From NCBI GenBank assembly GCA_021821885.1, contig JAKARO010000002.1, positions 79,548 through 143,547 on the forward strand: a DNA stretch of 64,000 nucleotides, read 5' to 3'. The stretch's first letter is position 1. Every line of letters begins with the position of its first letter. The notes beneath the pieces were generated by a model. It was not told the DNA's origin. It saw nothing but the letters and a program-made list of their open reading frames with translations, and ran no database searches. Shown in pieces: positions 8,535 through 18,851 of the stretch. The translations under genes and the position numbers were made by a program. This DNA is from Pseudomonadota bacterium. GTDB taxonomy: Bacteria; Pseudomonadota; Gammaproteobacteria; Acidithiobacillales; Acidithiobacillaceae.

Positions 8535-9791
8535 ATGAATCTGAGCGAGCTCAAGCGCAAGTCGGCAGCCGAACTCGCAGTCATCTGCCAGGAAATGGGC
8601 ATTGAAGGCGCTTCCCGCCAGAAAAAGCAGGAAATCATTTTCGGCATCCTCAAGGCGCATGCCCGCAATGGGGATGCCATCTACGGAGACGGAGTCCTGG
8701 AAATCCTGCAGGACGGGTTCGGCTTTCTGCGCGCAGCGTCGGGTTCCTACATGGCTGGCCCCGATGATATCTATGTCTCACCCTCCCAGGTGCGGCGGTT
8801 CAACCTCCAGACCGGGGATACGGTTTCCGGGCAGATCCGGCCGCCCAAGGAAGGGGAACGGTATTTTGCCCTGCTCCGGGTGGAAAGCATCAATTTTGAG
8901 GGGCCAGAAGCGACCCGCAACAAGGTCAATTTTGATGATCTGACGCCGCTGTTTCCGGAAGAATCCCTGCGCCTTGAATCCGACAATATTCCCTATGGCG
9001 AGGTGGCACCCAGGATCATTGACCTTGTCTCCCCGGTTGGAAAAGGGCAGCGCGGCCTGATCGTGGCACCTCCAAAAACTGGCAAGACCGTGCTTCTGCA
9101 GCAGATTGCGCATGCCATCACGGCCAACCATCCAGAGTGCTACCTTATCGTGCTGCTCATTGACGAGCGGCCGGAAGAGGTGACCGAAATGCAACGTTCG
9201 GTCAAGGGAGAAGTGGTTTCCTCCACGTTTGACGAGCCGGCCACACGGCATGTCCAGGTGGCGGAAATTGTCCTGGAGAAGGCCAAGCGCCTCGTGGAGC
9301 ACAAGCACGATGTGGTAATCCTTCTGGACTCCATTACCCGATTGGCCCGTGCCTACAATACGGTGGTCCCCTCTTCCGGAAAGGTGCTGACTGGCGGTGT
9401 GGATGCCAATGCCCTGCAAAAGCCCAAGCGTTTTTTTGGTGCGGCCCGCAACATTGAGGAGGGCGGAAGCCTTACCATCATCGCGACTGCCCTGGTTGAG
9501 ACAGGTTCCAAGATGGACGAGGTGATTTTTGAGGAGTTCAAGGGGACCGGGAACATGGAGGTTCACCTGGACCGCCGTCTGGCCGAGAAGCGTGTCTACC
9601 CCGCCATCAATATCAACAAGTCGGGTACCCGGCGCGAGGAGCTCCTGATTCCTGCTGATGCGCTTAACAAGATCTGGGTGCTCCGCAAGCTCCTGGCGCC
9701 CATGGATCCCATGGAGTCCATGGAATTTCTCCTCGACAAGGTGCGCGCCACCAAAAACAATGCGGAATTTTTTGATTCCATGAACCGGTGA
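8535..9791 (+). CDS. rho: transcription termination factor Rho
   Basis: ORF 8421..9791 (TTG) trimmed to ATG 8535 ([25 protein letters not shown]...), the canonical Rho N-terminus. Walker [18 protein letters not shown] and the C-terminus ...[14 protein letters not shown] are present. Confidence 0.97.
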   Translation: MNLSELKRKSAAELAVICQEMGIEGASRQKKQEIIFGILKAHARNGDAIYGDGVLEILQDGFGFLRAASGSYMAGPDDIYVSPSQVRRFNLQTGDTVSGQIRPPKEGERYFALLRVESINFEGPEATRNKVNFDDLTPLFPEESLRLESDNIPYGEVAPRIIDLVSPVGKGQRGLIVAPPKTGKTVLLQQIAHAITANHPECYLIVLLIDERPEEVTEMQRSVKGEVVSSTFDEPATRHVQVAEIVLEKAKRLVEHKHDVVILLDSITRLARAYNTVVPSSGKVLTGGVDANALQKPKRFFGAARNIEEGGSLTIIATALVETGSKMDEVIFEEFKGTGNMEVHLDRRLAEKRVYPAININKSGTRREELLIPADALNKIWVLRKLLAPMDPMESMEFLLDKVRATKNNAEFFDSMNR

Positions 9792-9804
9792 AACGTTTCC
9801 CTGC

Positions 9805-9833
9805 TGGACGGTGGGAAATGCTGAACCTATAAT
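9805..9833 (+). promoter_or_regulatory. putative rpmE promoter (TGGACG-17 nt-TATAAT)
   Basis: Perfect -10 TATAAT at 9828-9833 and TGGACG at 9805-9810. About 35 nt upstream of the rpmE ATG. Confidence 0.45.
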
Positions 9834-9867
9834 TCGCCAATTTCCTGAAACCCTAGAGTATCTGCCA

Positions 9868-10074
9868 ATGAAGCCCGATGTTCATCCGAAGTATGAAGTA
9901 GTGACCGTGACCTGTAGCTGCGGAAGCACATTCCAGACCCGGTCGACCGCAGGGCGTGACCTGCATGTTGACCTCTGTTCCGAATGTCACCCCTTCTATA
10001 CTGGCAAGCAGCGTACCGTAGCTGCAGCCGGACAGGTGGAAAAATTCCGCAGACGGTACGGCGGCGGCCAGTAG
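9868..10074 (+). CDS. rpmE: 50S ribosomal protein L31 (Zn-ribbon type A)
   Basis: ORF 9811..10074 trimmed to ATG 9868 (MKPDVHPKY...). The CSC...[12 protein letters not shown] cysteine pairs are present. Confidence 0.95.
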   Translation: MKPDVHPKYEVVTVTCSCGSTFQTRSTAGRDLHVDLCSECHPFYTGKQRTVAAAGQVEKFRRRYGGGQ

Positions 10075-10086
10075 CGTTCCCGGACC

Positions 10087-11319
10087 ATGGGCACGAGTGA
10101 GGATACACTGCGCGAGCGCGCTTTGGCCTATCACGCCGCGGCGCCTGCTGGCAAGCTTTCCGTGGTGCCCAGCAAGGCCTGTGCTACGCAGGAGGACCTG
10201 TCCCTCGCATATAGCCCCGGTGTGGCGGCGCCAGTGCGGGAGATCGCCGCAGATCCGGACCGGTCCTACGACTATACCGCCAGAGGCAATCTGGTCGCGG
10301 TAGTCAGCAATGGAACGGCCGTTCTTGGTCTGGGCAATGTGGGTCCCCTGGCGGGCAAACCGGTTATGGAGGGGAAGGCTCTCCTGTTCCGGCGTTTCGC
10401 CGATATTGATGCATTTGACATCGAAATCAGGGCCCGTGATGCCGGCCACCTGATTGATGTCATCGAAGCCATTGCCCCCGGGTTTGGCGGGATCAACCTG
10501 GAAGATATTGCGGCTCCTGACTGTTTCCGGGTAGAAACCGAACTGCAGGACAGGCTGGATATCCCGGTATTCCACGACGACCAGCATGGCACGGCCGTGA
10601 TCGTGGCTGCGGCCCTGCGCAATGCCCTGGAACTCCAGGGCAAGCACTTCGGGGGGGCTCGCGTCGCCATCGTTGGGGCAGGGGCCGCAGGGATTGCCAT
10701 TGCCCGAATGCTGCAGAGTCTTGGGGTCCAGGACTGTTTTCTGAGTGATGTGCATGGTGTTCTCCACCGGGGACGCCGGGATCTCGGTCCCTGGCACCAG
10801 CCGTTTGCCACCGCTCCCGCGCACTGGTCCCTCGCCGATCTCCTGGCTGGGGCTGATGTGGTCATCGGGGTTTCGGTGCGCAATGCCATCCCTCTGGAAT
10901 CCCTCGCGGGCCTTGCACCCAGACCGGTGATTTTTGCCCTGGCCAATCCGGATCCCGAAGTGGACCCGGTGGCAGCCCGTGCGCTCCGTCCCGATGCCGT
11001 TATTGCGACCGGCCGTTCCGACCTCCCCAACCAGGTCAATAATGCCTTGGGGTTCCCGTTCCTTTTTCGGGGTGCCCTAGACGTTCGGGCCCGGAAAATC
11101 AATATGCCGATGCTGCTTGCAGCAGTTGAGTCCCTGGCCTCACTGGCCCGGGAACCAGTCCCCCAGACGGTTTTGCAGGCTTACGGTATGGAAGATTCAG
11201 GTGCCCTTGAGTTTGGCCCTGGATACATCATTCCCAAACCCTTGGACCCCCGCCTGCGTGGGAAAGTCGCCCCCGCCGTAGCCCAGGCGGCGCGGGACAG
11301 TGGCGTGGCACGCATCTGA
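10087..11319 (+). CDS. NAD(P)-dependent malic enzyme, short form without a PTA-like domain
   Basis: 410 aa: ...LSLAYSPGVA...NGTAVLGLGN.G..AGKPVMEGKALLF...FGGINLEDI..P.CF..E...DIPVFHDDQHGTA... Confidence 0.93.
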   Translation: MGTSEDTLRERALAYHAAAPAGKLSVVPSKACATQEDLSLAYSPGVAAPVREIAADPDRSYDYTARGNLVAVVSNGTAVLGLGNVGPLAGKPVMEGKALLFRRFADIDAFDIEIRARDAGHLIDVIEAIAPGFGGINLEDIAAPDCFRVETELQDRLDIPVFHDDQHGTAVIVAAALRNALELQGKHFGGARVAIVGAGAAGIAIARMLQSLGVQDCFLSDVHGVLHRGRRDLGPWHQPFATAPAHWSLADLLAGADVVIGVSVRNAIPLESLAGLAPRPVIFALANPDPEVDPVAARALRPDAVIATGRSDLPNQVNNALGFPFLFRGALDVRARKINMPMLLAAVESLASLAREPVPQTVLQAYGMEDSGALEFGPGYIIPKPLDPRLRGKVAPAVAQAARDSGVARI

Positions 11320-11322
11320 ATC

Positions 11323-11885
11323 GTGCGTGTCGCGGATCTCACGGTTCGCGACTTCCTCCGGATGTCTCTGCTTCATGCAGCCTCTGTTCTCCTGGTTTTT
11401 CTGCCCTGGCGTGTCATGTCGCCCTTCTTCGGGGTACTGGCCTGGTCGTCCATTCTCGTCTACGTGAGCTGGCCGCTGCACCGGTAGCTGTGCCGCCATT
11501 TTCCGCCCTGGCCGGCCGCCCTGGTGATGATCGTGGTGGTTACTTTTGCGGGTTCTGCTGCCGTTCATGCTTCTGAGTGTGGGCCCTGTTCCACGAACTG
11601 CAGGGCCTGCTGCAGGAGATGGCTCTGGCAGACCGTGGTCTGGCAGCTCCCTTGGGCCGTACGCCAGATCCCCGTTCTTGGGAGTCTCCGGAAGCGGATG
11701 CCACCGGACTGGGCATGAGCCCGCCGTGGAGCTGCCATCCTTCCTGCACGGCCCGGTCGGAGCGGGATTCCGGGAGTATGGCCTGGCCGCCGGCAGGAGA
11801 CAGGTCGGAAGGGGTACTGGCGTGTCACAGGATTTTGGGACTGCTTCTGGTATACTGGGCAGGTCCGGGTGACCTCGGGTACCCG
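11323..11885 (+). pseudogene. decayed, truncated AI-2E/PerM (UPF0118) family permease remnant
   Basis: Own translation: ...LLVFLPWRVMSPFFGVLAWSSILVYVSWPLHR-stop-LCRHFPPWPAALVMIVVVTF.... It continues in other frames (LLPFMLLSVG..LFHELQGLLQEMAL; LPWAVRQIPVLGSLRKRM; HRILGLLLVYWAGPGDL). This resembles the N-terminal half of AI-2E transporters, with one in-frame stop and at least 2 frameshifts; the C-terminal half is absent. Confidence 0.45.
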
Positions 11886-11978
11886 GGCACGCAAAAAACC
11901 GTCCGTTTCCCGAACGGAAAATTCCCGGACACAGCATACGGAACGGCGGTGCCCGTTCCCGGAAGGAAAAGGTGATTT

Positions 11979-13655
11979 ATGCGGTCTGACATTATCAAAA
12001 AAGGATTCGAGCGCACTCCCCACCGGTCCCTGCTCAAGGCCTGCGGTGTGCGGGATGAGGATATGGACAAGCCGTTCATCGGTGTTGCCAATTCCTTCAT
12101 TGACATTATCCCGGGACATGTCCATCTCCAGGAGTTTGGACGGATTGTGAAGGAGGCCATTCGCGCCGCTGGAGGAGTTCCCTTCGAATTCAATACCATA
12201 GGTGTGGACGACGGTATTGTCATGGGGCACGACGGGATGCGGTACTCCCTGCCCAGCCGGGAGCTGATTGCCGATTCGATTGAAACAGTGGTGCAGGCCC
12301 ACCATCTGGATGCCCTGATCTGCATCCCGAACTGCGACAAGATTGTGCCTGGCATGATCATGGGGGCGTTGCGCTGCGATGTTCCCACGGTATTTGTCTC
12401 GGGTGGCCCAATGGAGGCCGGCCGGCTGGCAGACGGGACTCCTGTGGACCTGGTCACGGCCTTTGAGGCGGTAGGACAGTTCAAGAGGGGACAGATCAAT
12501 GCGGTCCGGCTCAAGGAAATAGAGGATCGTGCCTGTCCCACCTGCGGTTCCTGCTCCGGGATGTTTACCGCCAACAGTATGAACTGCCTTATGGAAGTGC
12601 TGGGCATAGCTCTTCCTGGCAATGGAACTATCCTGGCAACCGCGGCAGAGCGCCGGGATCTTGTCCGCCAGGCCGCAGAACGGGTGGTTGATCTTGCCAG
12701 GTCTGGTGGCCCGACCATGCGCCAGCTGGTGGATTTTGAGGCCATTGACAATGCCTTCATCCTCGACATGGCTATGGGGGGCTCCACCAACACGGTCCTG
12801 CATACGCTGGCTATTGCCTATGAAGCTGGTGTGGACTACCCCCTGGCCAGGCTCAATGATCTGGCACAGCAGGTGGCCTATTTGGCCAAGATTTCTCCGG
12901 CGCTTTCCACAGTCCATATTGAGGATATCGGACGGGCTGGGGGCATTCCGGCCATTCTCCACGAAGTGCACAAGCGCAATCCAGCAGTGCTCCATCTCGA
13001 CAAGCCGACAGTCAGTGGGAAGAGCCTGCGTGAAATCGTCACCAGTGCCGAGGTAAAAGATAGCCGGATCATCCATCTGGCCTCAGATCCGATTTCTCCC
13101 ACCGGAGGCCTGCGGGCCGTTTTTGGCAATCTTGCGCCTCTGGGTGGAATCGTCAAAATTGGGGCTGTCCTGCCAGAAATGCGGAAATTTACCGGGCCGG
13201 CCAAAATTTACGAAAGCATGGAAAGCGCCGCGGAAGGCATTCTCGCGGGCGAGGTCCAGAAGGGACAGGTGGTGGTCATCCGCTACGAGGGCCCCAAGGG
13301 TGGGCCGGGCATGCCGGAGATGCTGACCCCCACAGCCAACATTATGGGCATGGGTCTGGGGGATAGCGTTGCGCTCATCACGGATGGCCGTTTCAGTGGA
13401 GCGACCCGGGGTGCCTGCATTGGCCATATCTCTCCTGAGGCGGCGGAAGGAGGTCCCATCGGTCTGCTTGAAGATGGCGACATGATCGAGCTGGATCTGG
13501 AAGCCGGCAAGATTCACGTCCAGCTTTCCGACGGGGAGCTGGCAGCCCGCCGGGAGAGGTGGCTGCCGGTCGAGAAATCCCTGCGTTCCCCTTGGCTGCG
13601 CCGGTACCGGAAGATGGTGACCAACGCTGCCATGGGGGCAATTCTCGAGTCCTGA
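11979..13655 (+). CDS. ilvD: dihydroxy-acid dehydratase
   Basis: 558 aa: [23 protein letters not shown]...CDKIVPGM...[17 protein letters not shown]... Confidence 0.97.
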   Translation: MRSDIIKKGFERTPHRSLLKACGVRDEDMDKPFIGVANSFIDIIPGHVHLQEFGRIVKEAIRAAGGVPFEFNTIGVDDGIVMGHDGMRYSLPSRELIADSIETVVQAHHLDALICIPNCDKIVPGMIMGALRCDVPTVFVSGGPMEAGRLADGTPVDLVTAFEAVGQFKRGQINAVRLKEIEDRACPTCGSCSGMFTANSMNCLMEVLGIALPGNGTILATAAERRDLVRQAAERVVDLARSGGPTMRQLVDFEAIDNAFILDMAMGGSTNTVLHTLAIAYEAGVDYPLARLNDLAQQVAYLAKISPALSTVHIEDIGRAGGIPAILHEVHKRNPAVLHLDKPTVSGKSLREIVTSAEVKDSRIIHLASDPISPTGGLRAVFGNLAPLGGIVKIGAVLPEMRKFTGPAKIYESMESAAEGILAGEVQKGQVVVIRYEGPKGGPGMPEMLTPTANIMGMGLGDSVALITDGRFSGATRGACIGHISPEAAEGGPIGLLEDGDMIELDLEAGKIHVQLSDGELAARRERWLPVEKSLRSPWLRRYRKMVTNAAMGAILES

Positions 13656-13690
13656 TGCGGGTGGCGGTCCGGGATCTCCCGGATACAGGG

Positions 13691-13708
13691 GGAGGCCGGG
13701 CGGCCTCC
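13691..13708. terminator. GC hairpin between convergent ilvD and argA (possible bidirectional terminator)
   Basis: GGAGGCC-gggc-GGCCTCC, a 7-bp perfect stem. There is no clear U-tract on either side. Confidence 0.4.
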
Positions 13709-13715
13709 GCTGTTC

Positions 13716-15023
13716 CTAGGGTGTCCGCAGAAAAATGGCGCTGCGTCTCTGGTAGTTATAAAGCTCCAGACGCGGTACCGGCAGATCGTTCACTTCCCCG
13801 CGCTGGAACCCGCGTTCCAGGAACCAGTGGGTGCTTTTGGTGCTGAGGACGAATACCTGCCGGAGACGAAGCGCCCGGGCCTTGTCCAGACAGTAGTCCA
13901 GAAGCCGTTCCCCGCGCCCTTCCCGACGGTACTGGGGATCTACCGCGAGGCAGGCCATTTCGGCCATCCCCACATCCGGATAGGGGTAAAGCGCAACGCA
14001 GGCGATGATTTTTCCATCGCGTTCCATCACGGCAAAATGTCCGATTTCGCGTTCCAGACGCTCCCTCGGGCGGCGTACCAGCGTTCCTTCCTCTTCCAGT
14101 GGCCGGATCAGCGCCATGATACCTGGAATGTCCTCGCGGTGGGCAGGGCGCAGGTTTTCAAATGTGTCCCGGGAGACCATTGTGCCAAGTCCGTCGCGGG
14201 TAAACAGTTCCAGCAGCAGGGCCCCGTCCACATGCCGCGGGATGATGTGTACCCGGTCCACCCCCCCGAGGCAGGCCTTCTCCGCGCTTTGGAGATGTTC
14301 CTGCAGGGCCTCTGGCAGATGCTGGCTGGACAGCATGCCCGGCATTTCGGAGAGGGTAATCTGGCGTATCAGCCTTCCGTCCCTGCCGGTGACACCGCTG
14401 GTGTCGGCATAAAAGACCAGTTTGGCCGCACGGAGGGCGATGGCGGTGGCTACGGCCACGTCTTCAGCGCGGATATTGAACAGGGTGCCAGTGGGGGATA
14501 CCCCGACCGGAGAGAGCAGGACGACCTCGTCAGAGTGCAGATGGCGATGGATGGCCTCTACCGCGACCCGGCGCACTTCTCCGGTATGCTGGTAGTCGGT
14601 ACCGTGGAGGATCCCGAGAGGCTGGGCGGTGATAAAATTTCCACTCACGACCTGCAGGCCGGCGTGGGCCATGGGTGAATCAAGACGACCTTCGGACAGG
14701 ACCGCTTCCACCTGCAATCTGGCACCGCCCACCGCTTCCCGGAGATGCTCCATGATGGCAGCGGTGGTGACGCGCTTCCCGTCTACACGTTCCGACTGCA
14801 GCCCAGCACGGGCAAGGGTGGCATCAATCTGGGGTCCTGCGCCATGCACCAGGACTACGTTGATGCCCAGGCTGTTGAGGAGGGCAATATCCTGGGCGAT
14901 GCTGGGGAGGCTGCCGTCCGCTATGGCATCTCCGCCGAAATTGATGACGAAGGTCTGTCCCCGGAAACGGTGGATGTAGGGGGACGATTCCCGGAAGTGG
15001 CGAATGAAGGGATCGGTGCGCAT
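13716..15023 (-). CDS. argA: amino-acid N-acetyltransferase (N-acetylglutamate synthase)
   Basis: 435 aa with an AAK kinase-like N-domain (FVINFGG...VLVHGAGPQID) and a C-terminal GNAT domain (...CLAVDPQYRREGRGERLL...). Confidence 0.95.
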   Translation of the reverse strand: MRTDPFIRHFRESSPYIHRFRGQTFVINFGGDAIADGSLPSIAQDIALLNSLGINVVLVHGAGPQIDATLARAGLQSERVDGKRVTTAAIMEHLREAVGGARLQVEAVLSEGRLDSPMAHAGLQVVSGNFITAQPLGILHGTDYQHTGEVRRVAVEAIHRHLHSDEVVLLSPVGVSPTGTLFNIRAEDVAVATAIALRAAKLVFYADTSGVTGRDGRLIRQITLSEMPGMLSSQHLPEALQEHLQSAEKACLGGVDRVHIIPRHVDGALLLELFTRDGLGTMVSRDTFENLRPAHREDIPGIMALIRPLEEEGTLVRRPRERLEREIGHFAVMERDGKIIACVALYPYPDVGMAEMACLAVDPQYRREGRGERLLDYCLDKARALRLRQVFVLSTKSTHWFLERGFQRGEVNDLPVPRLELYNYQRRSAIFLRTP

Positions 15024-15040
15024 GCTGTCCAGACCCTGCG

Positions 15041-15331
15041 TTACGGGCTGGAGTGGCTAGCCCTTCCGGTGCTGGCTTCCTGTTCTTCCGGTGTCCGCGC
15101 CTGAAAGGAAAAGGCATGTATGCCCGAAATCCCCTGTATGGCTTCATGGACCAGCCGGTGGCGGGCGAGTGGGGGCAGGCCGGCAAAGCGGTGGCTGACA
15201 ATGAGGGCCTCGTAGTGTCCACCATCGCCAGCCCCCTCATGGCCGGCGTGGGCCTCGCTCCGGTCCAGGATGCGAAGTTCCTCCGGTTCCAGGGTTCTAC
15301 GGAGTGCGTCCTCAATCTGGTTGCGGACCAT
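15041..15331 (-). CDS. BolA family protein
   Basis: 96 aa: ...LEPEELRILDRSEAHAGHEGAGDGGHYEALIVSHRFAGL..LARHRLV..A.... The ATG shares ATGA with the stop of the upstream yciI-like gene. Confidence 0.85.
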   Translation of the reverse strand: MVRNQIEDALRRTLEPEELRILDRSEAHAGHEGAGDGGHYEALIVSHRFAGLPPLARHRLVHEAIQGISGIHAFSFQARTPEEQEASTGRASHSSP

Positions 15332-15627
15332 CAGAACACCACCAGGTAGGGACGGACGCTGACACTGGCATATACTCCTGCACTCAGGTACGGCTCTGCA
15401 GCAGCCCAGTGTTCGGCATCTTCCAGACTGGTGAAGCGTGCAATGATCAGGCTTCCGGCAAAACCGGCCTCCCCCGGGTCTTCGGAATCCGTGACCGGAA
15501 AGGGGCCTGCCGTAAGCAGGCGGCCTTCTTCGGCCAGCTGGTGGAGGCGGGCCAGGTGGTCACCCCTGGCCTGCCGCCGCCGGGACAGGGAGTCTGGATT
15601 GTCGGTGCCAATAATGCAGTAGTACAT
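15331..15627 (-). CDS. YciI family protein
   Basis: ORF 15331..15675 trimmed to ATG 15627 (MYYCIIGTDNPDSL..R...R..HL..L..L...G.L..AGP; AAGGA SD). Confidence 0.85.
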   Translation of the reverse strand: MYYCIIGTDNPDSLSRRRQARGDHLARLHQLAEEGRLLTAGPFPVTDSEDPGEAGFAGSLIIARFTSLEDAEHWAAAEPYLSAGVYASVSVRPYLVVF

Positions 15628-15684
15628 GGAAACGTCCTTCAGGAACGGCGCCACAGCCATTGTATCACAGGCCACATCCTGTGC

Positions 15685-16242
15685 TCATGGTTTTTCTCGG
15701 GTGCTGCCGGTTTCCGCGGGTAGGGCCCGGGAAATCAGGGCCGCCTGGAAAATTACGAAAAGAACCGTCAGGATGAGCAGTCCGAACAGCTTGAAATCGA
15801 CCCAGACCGCAGTGGGCAGGGTGTAGGCGACCAGCAGGTTGAGGACGGCTCCAGCCAGAAAGAAAAGGATCCAGTAAAGGTTGAGCCGGCGCCAGAAGGC
15901 TGCCGGTAGCGTGACCGGCAGCTGGCTGGCCATGAGCCGCTGCAGCAGCGGTTGCTCACGCCTGTGGGTCCAGAGAAGGGCAGCAGCAAAAAGGGCGTAG
16001 AGAATGCTTGGCTTCCACTTGATGAAGATGTCGCTGTGGAAATAGATGGTAGCCCCCCCAAACACGAGAACGAGCAGGGTGGAAACCCAGGTCATGGTTT
16101 CCACCTTTCCCTGCCGTTTCCACTGCCAGAGCATCAGGAGTACGGAGGCTCCGATGAGAACCCGGGTGGCGAAATAGATCCCGTGGATCTTGTAAGCCGC
16201 GAAAAAGAGGATGATGGGAAGAAAGTCGACAAGGAGTTTCAT
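15685..16242 (-). CDS. yciB: intracellular septation protein A (YciB/IspZ), polytopic inner-membrane protein
   Basis: ORF 15685..16467 trimmed to ATG 16242 (MKLLVDFLPIILFFAAYKIHGIYFAT...), the canonical YciB N-terminus. Confidence 0.9.
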   Translation of the reverse strand: MKLLVDFLPIILFFAAYKIHGIYFATRVLIGASVLLMLWQWKRQGKVETMTWVSTLLVLVFGGATIYFHSDIFIKWKPSILYALFAAALLWTHRREQPLLQRLMASQLPVTLPAAFWRRLNLYWILFFLAGAVLNLLVAYTLPTAVWVDFKLFGLLILTVLFVIFQAALISRALPAETGSTREKP

Positions 16243-16307
16243 GGGTAGGGCTGATGGCCGTAAGGTATACTTTGTACAGTGTACGCATACGATGGAGGTT
16301 TTGCCCA

Positions 16308-17177
16308 GTGGAACAGCAGCAGCTGGTGGAGATTCTTGGACGGTTTCTGGGAGGAAGGCAGATGGATGGACCTCTTCCGGATTTCCGGGAATGCATGGCG
16401 GCGCGGTGGCGCCATCTTCCCCTTGGCGGGCGCCTTGAGGGAATCCGGTATCCAGACCTCCCGGCAATGGACGCCCTGATGGGAATCGACGACGTCAAGG
16501 AGGTGCTGGACCGCAACACCCGGCAGTTTGTGGCCGGTCTTCCCGCCAACGATGCGCTGCTGTGGGGAGGCCGGGGGACCGGCAAGTCCTCCCTGGTCAA
16601 GGCCCTGCTGGGAGCGCATGGGACGCGTGGGCTCCGGCTCGTGGAAATAGACGCGCAGGGGGTTCTTGACCTGCCGGAAATCCTGCAGGCCCTGGAATCT
16701 GCTGACCCTGGCAGGAAGTTCCGCTATATCCTGTTCTGCGACGATCTTTCATTCGGTTCCGAGGACCCAGCCTACCGGGCCCTGAAATCCCTGCTGGATG
16801 GGGCGCTGGAGGCCAGGCCGGACAATGTCCTGTTTTATGCCACCAGTAACCGTCGGCACCTGCTGCCACGGCATTTTGCCGACAACGAGGAATACCGGCG
16901 CCATGGCGAGGAAATTATCCCCGGGGAAACAGCCGAAGAAAAGATCAGTCTGTCGGAGCGTTTTGGACTCTGGCTGGGGTTCTACCCCTTTGACCAGCAG
17001 CAGTACCTCGAAATCGTCCAGGTCCACCTCCGGCTTCTGGGCAGCATGGAACCCGTCACGGCCTGGCGGGAAGAGGCACTCCAGTGGGCGCTCCAGCGCG
17101 GTTCCCGCAGTGGCCGGGTGGCACGCCACTTTGCCCGTCACCATGTAGGATCCCGGGCTCTCGAATCTTCGCGCTGA
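16308..17177 (+). CDS. DUF815-type AAA ATPase
   Basis: ORF 16254..17177. Preferred start is GTG 16308 (GGAGG 9 nt upstream). Walker A LLWGGRGTGKSSLVKA and Walker B ILFCDDLSF are present, matching the DUF815 family pattern. Confidence 0.85.
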   Translation: MEQQQLVEILGRFLGGRQMDGPLPDFRECMAARWRHLPLGGRLEGIRYPDLPAMDALMGIDDVKEVLDRNTRQFVAGLPANDALLWGGRGTGKSSLVKALLGAHGTRGLRLVEIDAQGVLDLPEILQALESADPGRKFRYILFCDDLSFGSEDPAYRALKSLLDGALEARPDNVLFYATSNRRHLLPRHFADNEEYRRHGEEIIPGETAEEKISLSERFGLWLGFYPFDQQQYLEIVQVHLRLLGSMEPVTAWREEALQWALQRGSRSGRVARHFARHHVGSRALESSR

Positions 17178-17188
17178 ATGCGGGGAGA

Positions 17189-17983
17189 TCAGGTATCCTG
17201 CTGCAGTCCCCGGGCAATGTGGTGGAGGATCCGGGGATGGATTTTCAGGTTGCCGGCCACCACGTTGCCAGATTCCAGAAAGTGTTGCTCGCCCTGGAAA
17301 TCTGTGGCAATGCCGCCCGCTTCCTGGACCAGGAGGGTACCTGCGGCGATATCCCAGGGCCTGAGCCGGAATTCCCAGAAACCGTCGTAGCGGCCGGCTG
17401 CCACATAGGCGAGGTCCAGGGCGGCCGAACCGGCCCGCCGGATTCCCGCCGTGCTCTGCATGAGACTGCGGAAAATGGCAAGGTAGCTGTCGAGATAGGA
17501 AAAGTCCCGGAAGGGAAAACCTGTGGCGATCAGGCAGTCGTCCAGGTCACGTCGCTGGGCAACCCGGAGGCGCCGGTCGTTCAGATGGGCTCCTGCGCCC
17601 CGGCTTGCTGTAAACAGCTCATTGTGCAGGGGGTTGTAGACCACCGCGTGCTCGACGCGGCCCTGGCGGCGGACAGCAATGGACACCGCAAGGCTTGGAA
17701 CACCGTGAATGAAATTGGTTGTGCCATCCAGTGGATCAATGATCCATTCAAAGTCCCCGTTCTCCACCCGGGTACCTTCCTCGGCAAGAATGCCATGGCC
17801 AGGGTAGGCGCGCTGGATGACCTCGACAATGGCGGCTTCCGCGCGCTGGTCCACTTCTGTGACGAAGTCGTGGGGTCCCTTGCTGCCAACCCGGATTTCG
17901 TTGACGCGGTCGATACTGCGGTTGATGATGTCACCCGCCCTGCGGGCAGCACGGATAGCCGTGACGAGAATGGGATGCTGCAT
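17189..17983 (-). CDS. suhB: inositol monophosphatase family protein SuhB
   Basis: ORF 17189..18046 trimmed to ATG 17983 (MQHPILVTAIRAARRAG...). Motifs WIIDPLDGTTNF and AGS.ALDLAYVAAGR are present. Confidence 0.95.
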   Translation of the reverse strand: MQHPILVTAIRAARRAGDIINRSIDRVNEIRVGSKGPHDFVTEVDQRAEAAIVEVIQRAYPGHGILAEEGTRVENGDFEWIIDPLDGTTNFIHGVPSLAVSIAVRRQGRVEHAVVYNPLHNELFTASRGAGAHLNDRRLRVAQRRDLDDCLIATGFPFRDFSYLDSYLAIFRSLMQSTAGIRRAGSAALDLAYVAAGRYDGFWEFRLRPWDIAAGTLLVQEAGGIATDFQGEQHFLESGNVVAGNLKIHPRILHHIARGLQQDT

Positions 17984-18010
17984 GATGGCCTTGGATGATG
18001 GAAATGGATT

Positions 18011-18841
18011 ATGGGTGATTATAAGGAAAATCAGGACCTGCTGCACGGTACCCGGGGAACTGCCGGTCCCCTCTCACATGTGCGGATTGTGCTGGTAGAG
18101 CCGAGCCACCCGGGAAATATAGGTTCCGCCGCCCGTGCGATGAAGGTGATGGGGCTGTCCCGGCTGTGTCTTGTGCGCCCGCGGCGTTTTCCGGATCCGG
18201 AGGCCGTGGCCCTGGCTTCCGGAGCGGAAGACCTCCTTGGGGAGGCACTGGTGGTGGACACGCTTCCCGAAGCCCTGCAGGGCTGTGTGCGCGTGTATGG
18301 TACCACGGCCCGGGACCGGCATGTGGCCTGGCCGCAGGGCGATGCCCGCGCGGCAGCGGTGGACGCCTGGACCCTGGCCCGGGATACCGGGCCGGTGGCC
18401 TTCCTGTTCGGGCGTGAACGGACGGGGCTGACGAATGCGGAACTTGATCTCTGCCAGATGCTGGTCCAGATCCCGACGGGACCGGTTTATGCCTCCCTGA
18501 ACCTGGCCCAGGCGGTCCAGGTTCTGGCCTATGAACTGCAGATGGCAGGGCGCCAGTGTGGAATCCCGGCGCCAGGTCTTCCGAAGGCAGGTCTGGCAAC
18601 TGTGGCAGAGCGCGAAAGATTTTACGTCCATCTGCAGGAAGTGCTGCTAGGCAGCGGATTCCTGCAGCCCCCGCGGGAGATCCACATGATGCGCCGGTTG
18701 CGCCGTCTTTTTGACCGGGCCATGCCGGATTCAGGCGAAGTGGAGATCCTCCGGGGAATCCTGACCGAAATCCAGCGCTGGGCAGGTGGACAACACACCG
18801 GGCAATCGTCTGTAATGGAGGACAGGTCTGGAGACAGCTGA
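18011..18841 (+). CDS. trmJ: tRNA (cytidine/uridine-2'-O)-methyltransferase TrmJ
   Basis: ...[26 protein letters not shown]...[15 protein letters not shown]...[15 protein letters not shown]. The start is uncertain: ATG 18011, or GTG 18080 just before RIVLVEP. Confidence 0.88.
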   Translation: MGDYKENQDLLHGTRGTAGPLSHVRIVLVEPSHPGNIGSAARAMKVMGLSRLCLVRPRRFPDPEAVALASGAEDLLGEALVVDTLPEALQGCVRVYGTTARDRHVAWPQGDARAAAVDAWTLARDTGPVAFLFGRERTGLTNAELDLCQMLVQIPTGPVYASLNLAQAVQVLAYELQMAGRQCGIPAPGLPKAGLATVAERERFYVHLQEVLLGSGFLQPPREIHMMRRLRRLFDRAMPDSGEVEILRGILTEIQRWAGGQHTGQSSVMEDRSGDS

Positions 18842-18851
18842 GCGAGAGGAA

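Noticed and set aside
11880-11978. Two small hairpins (CCGTT-tcccg-AACGG and GGAACGG-cggtgc-CCGTTCC) upstream of ilvD as a possible attenuator
   Set aside because: There is no leader peptide rich in Ile/Leu/Val, no U-tract and no alternative pairing. They are too weak to call.
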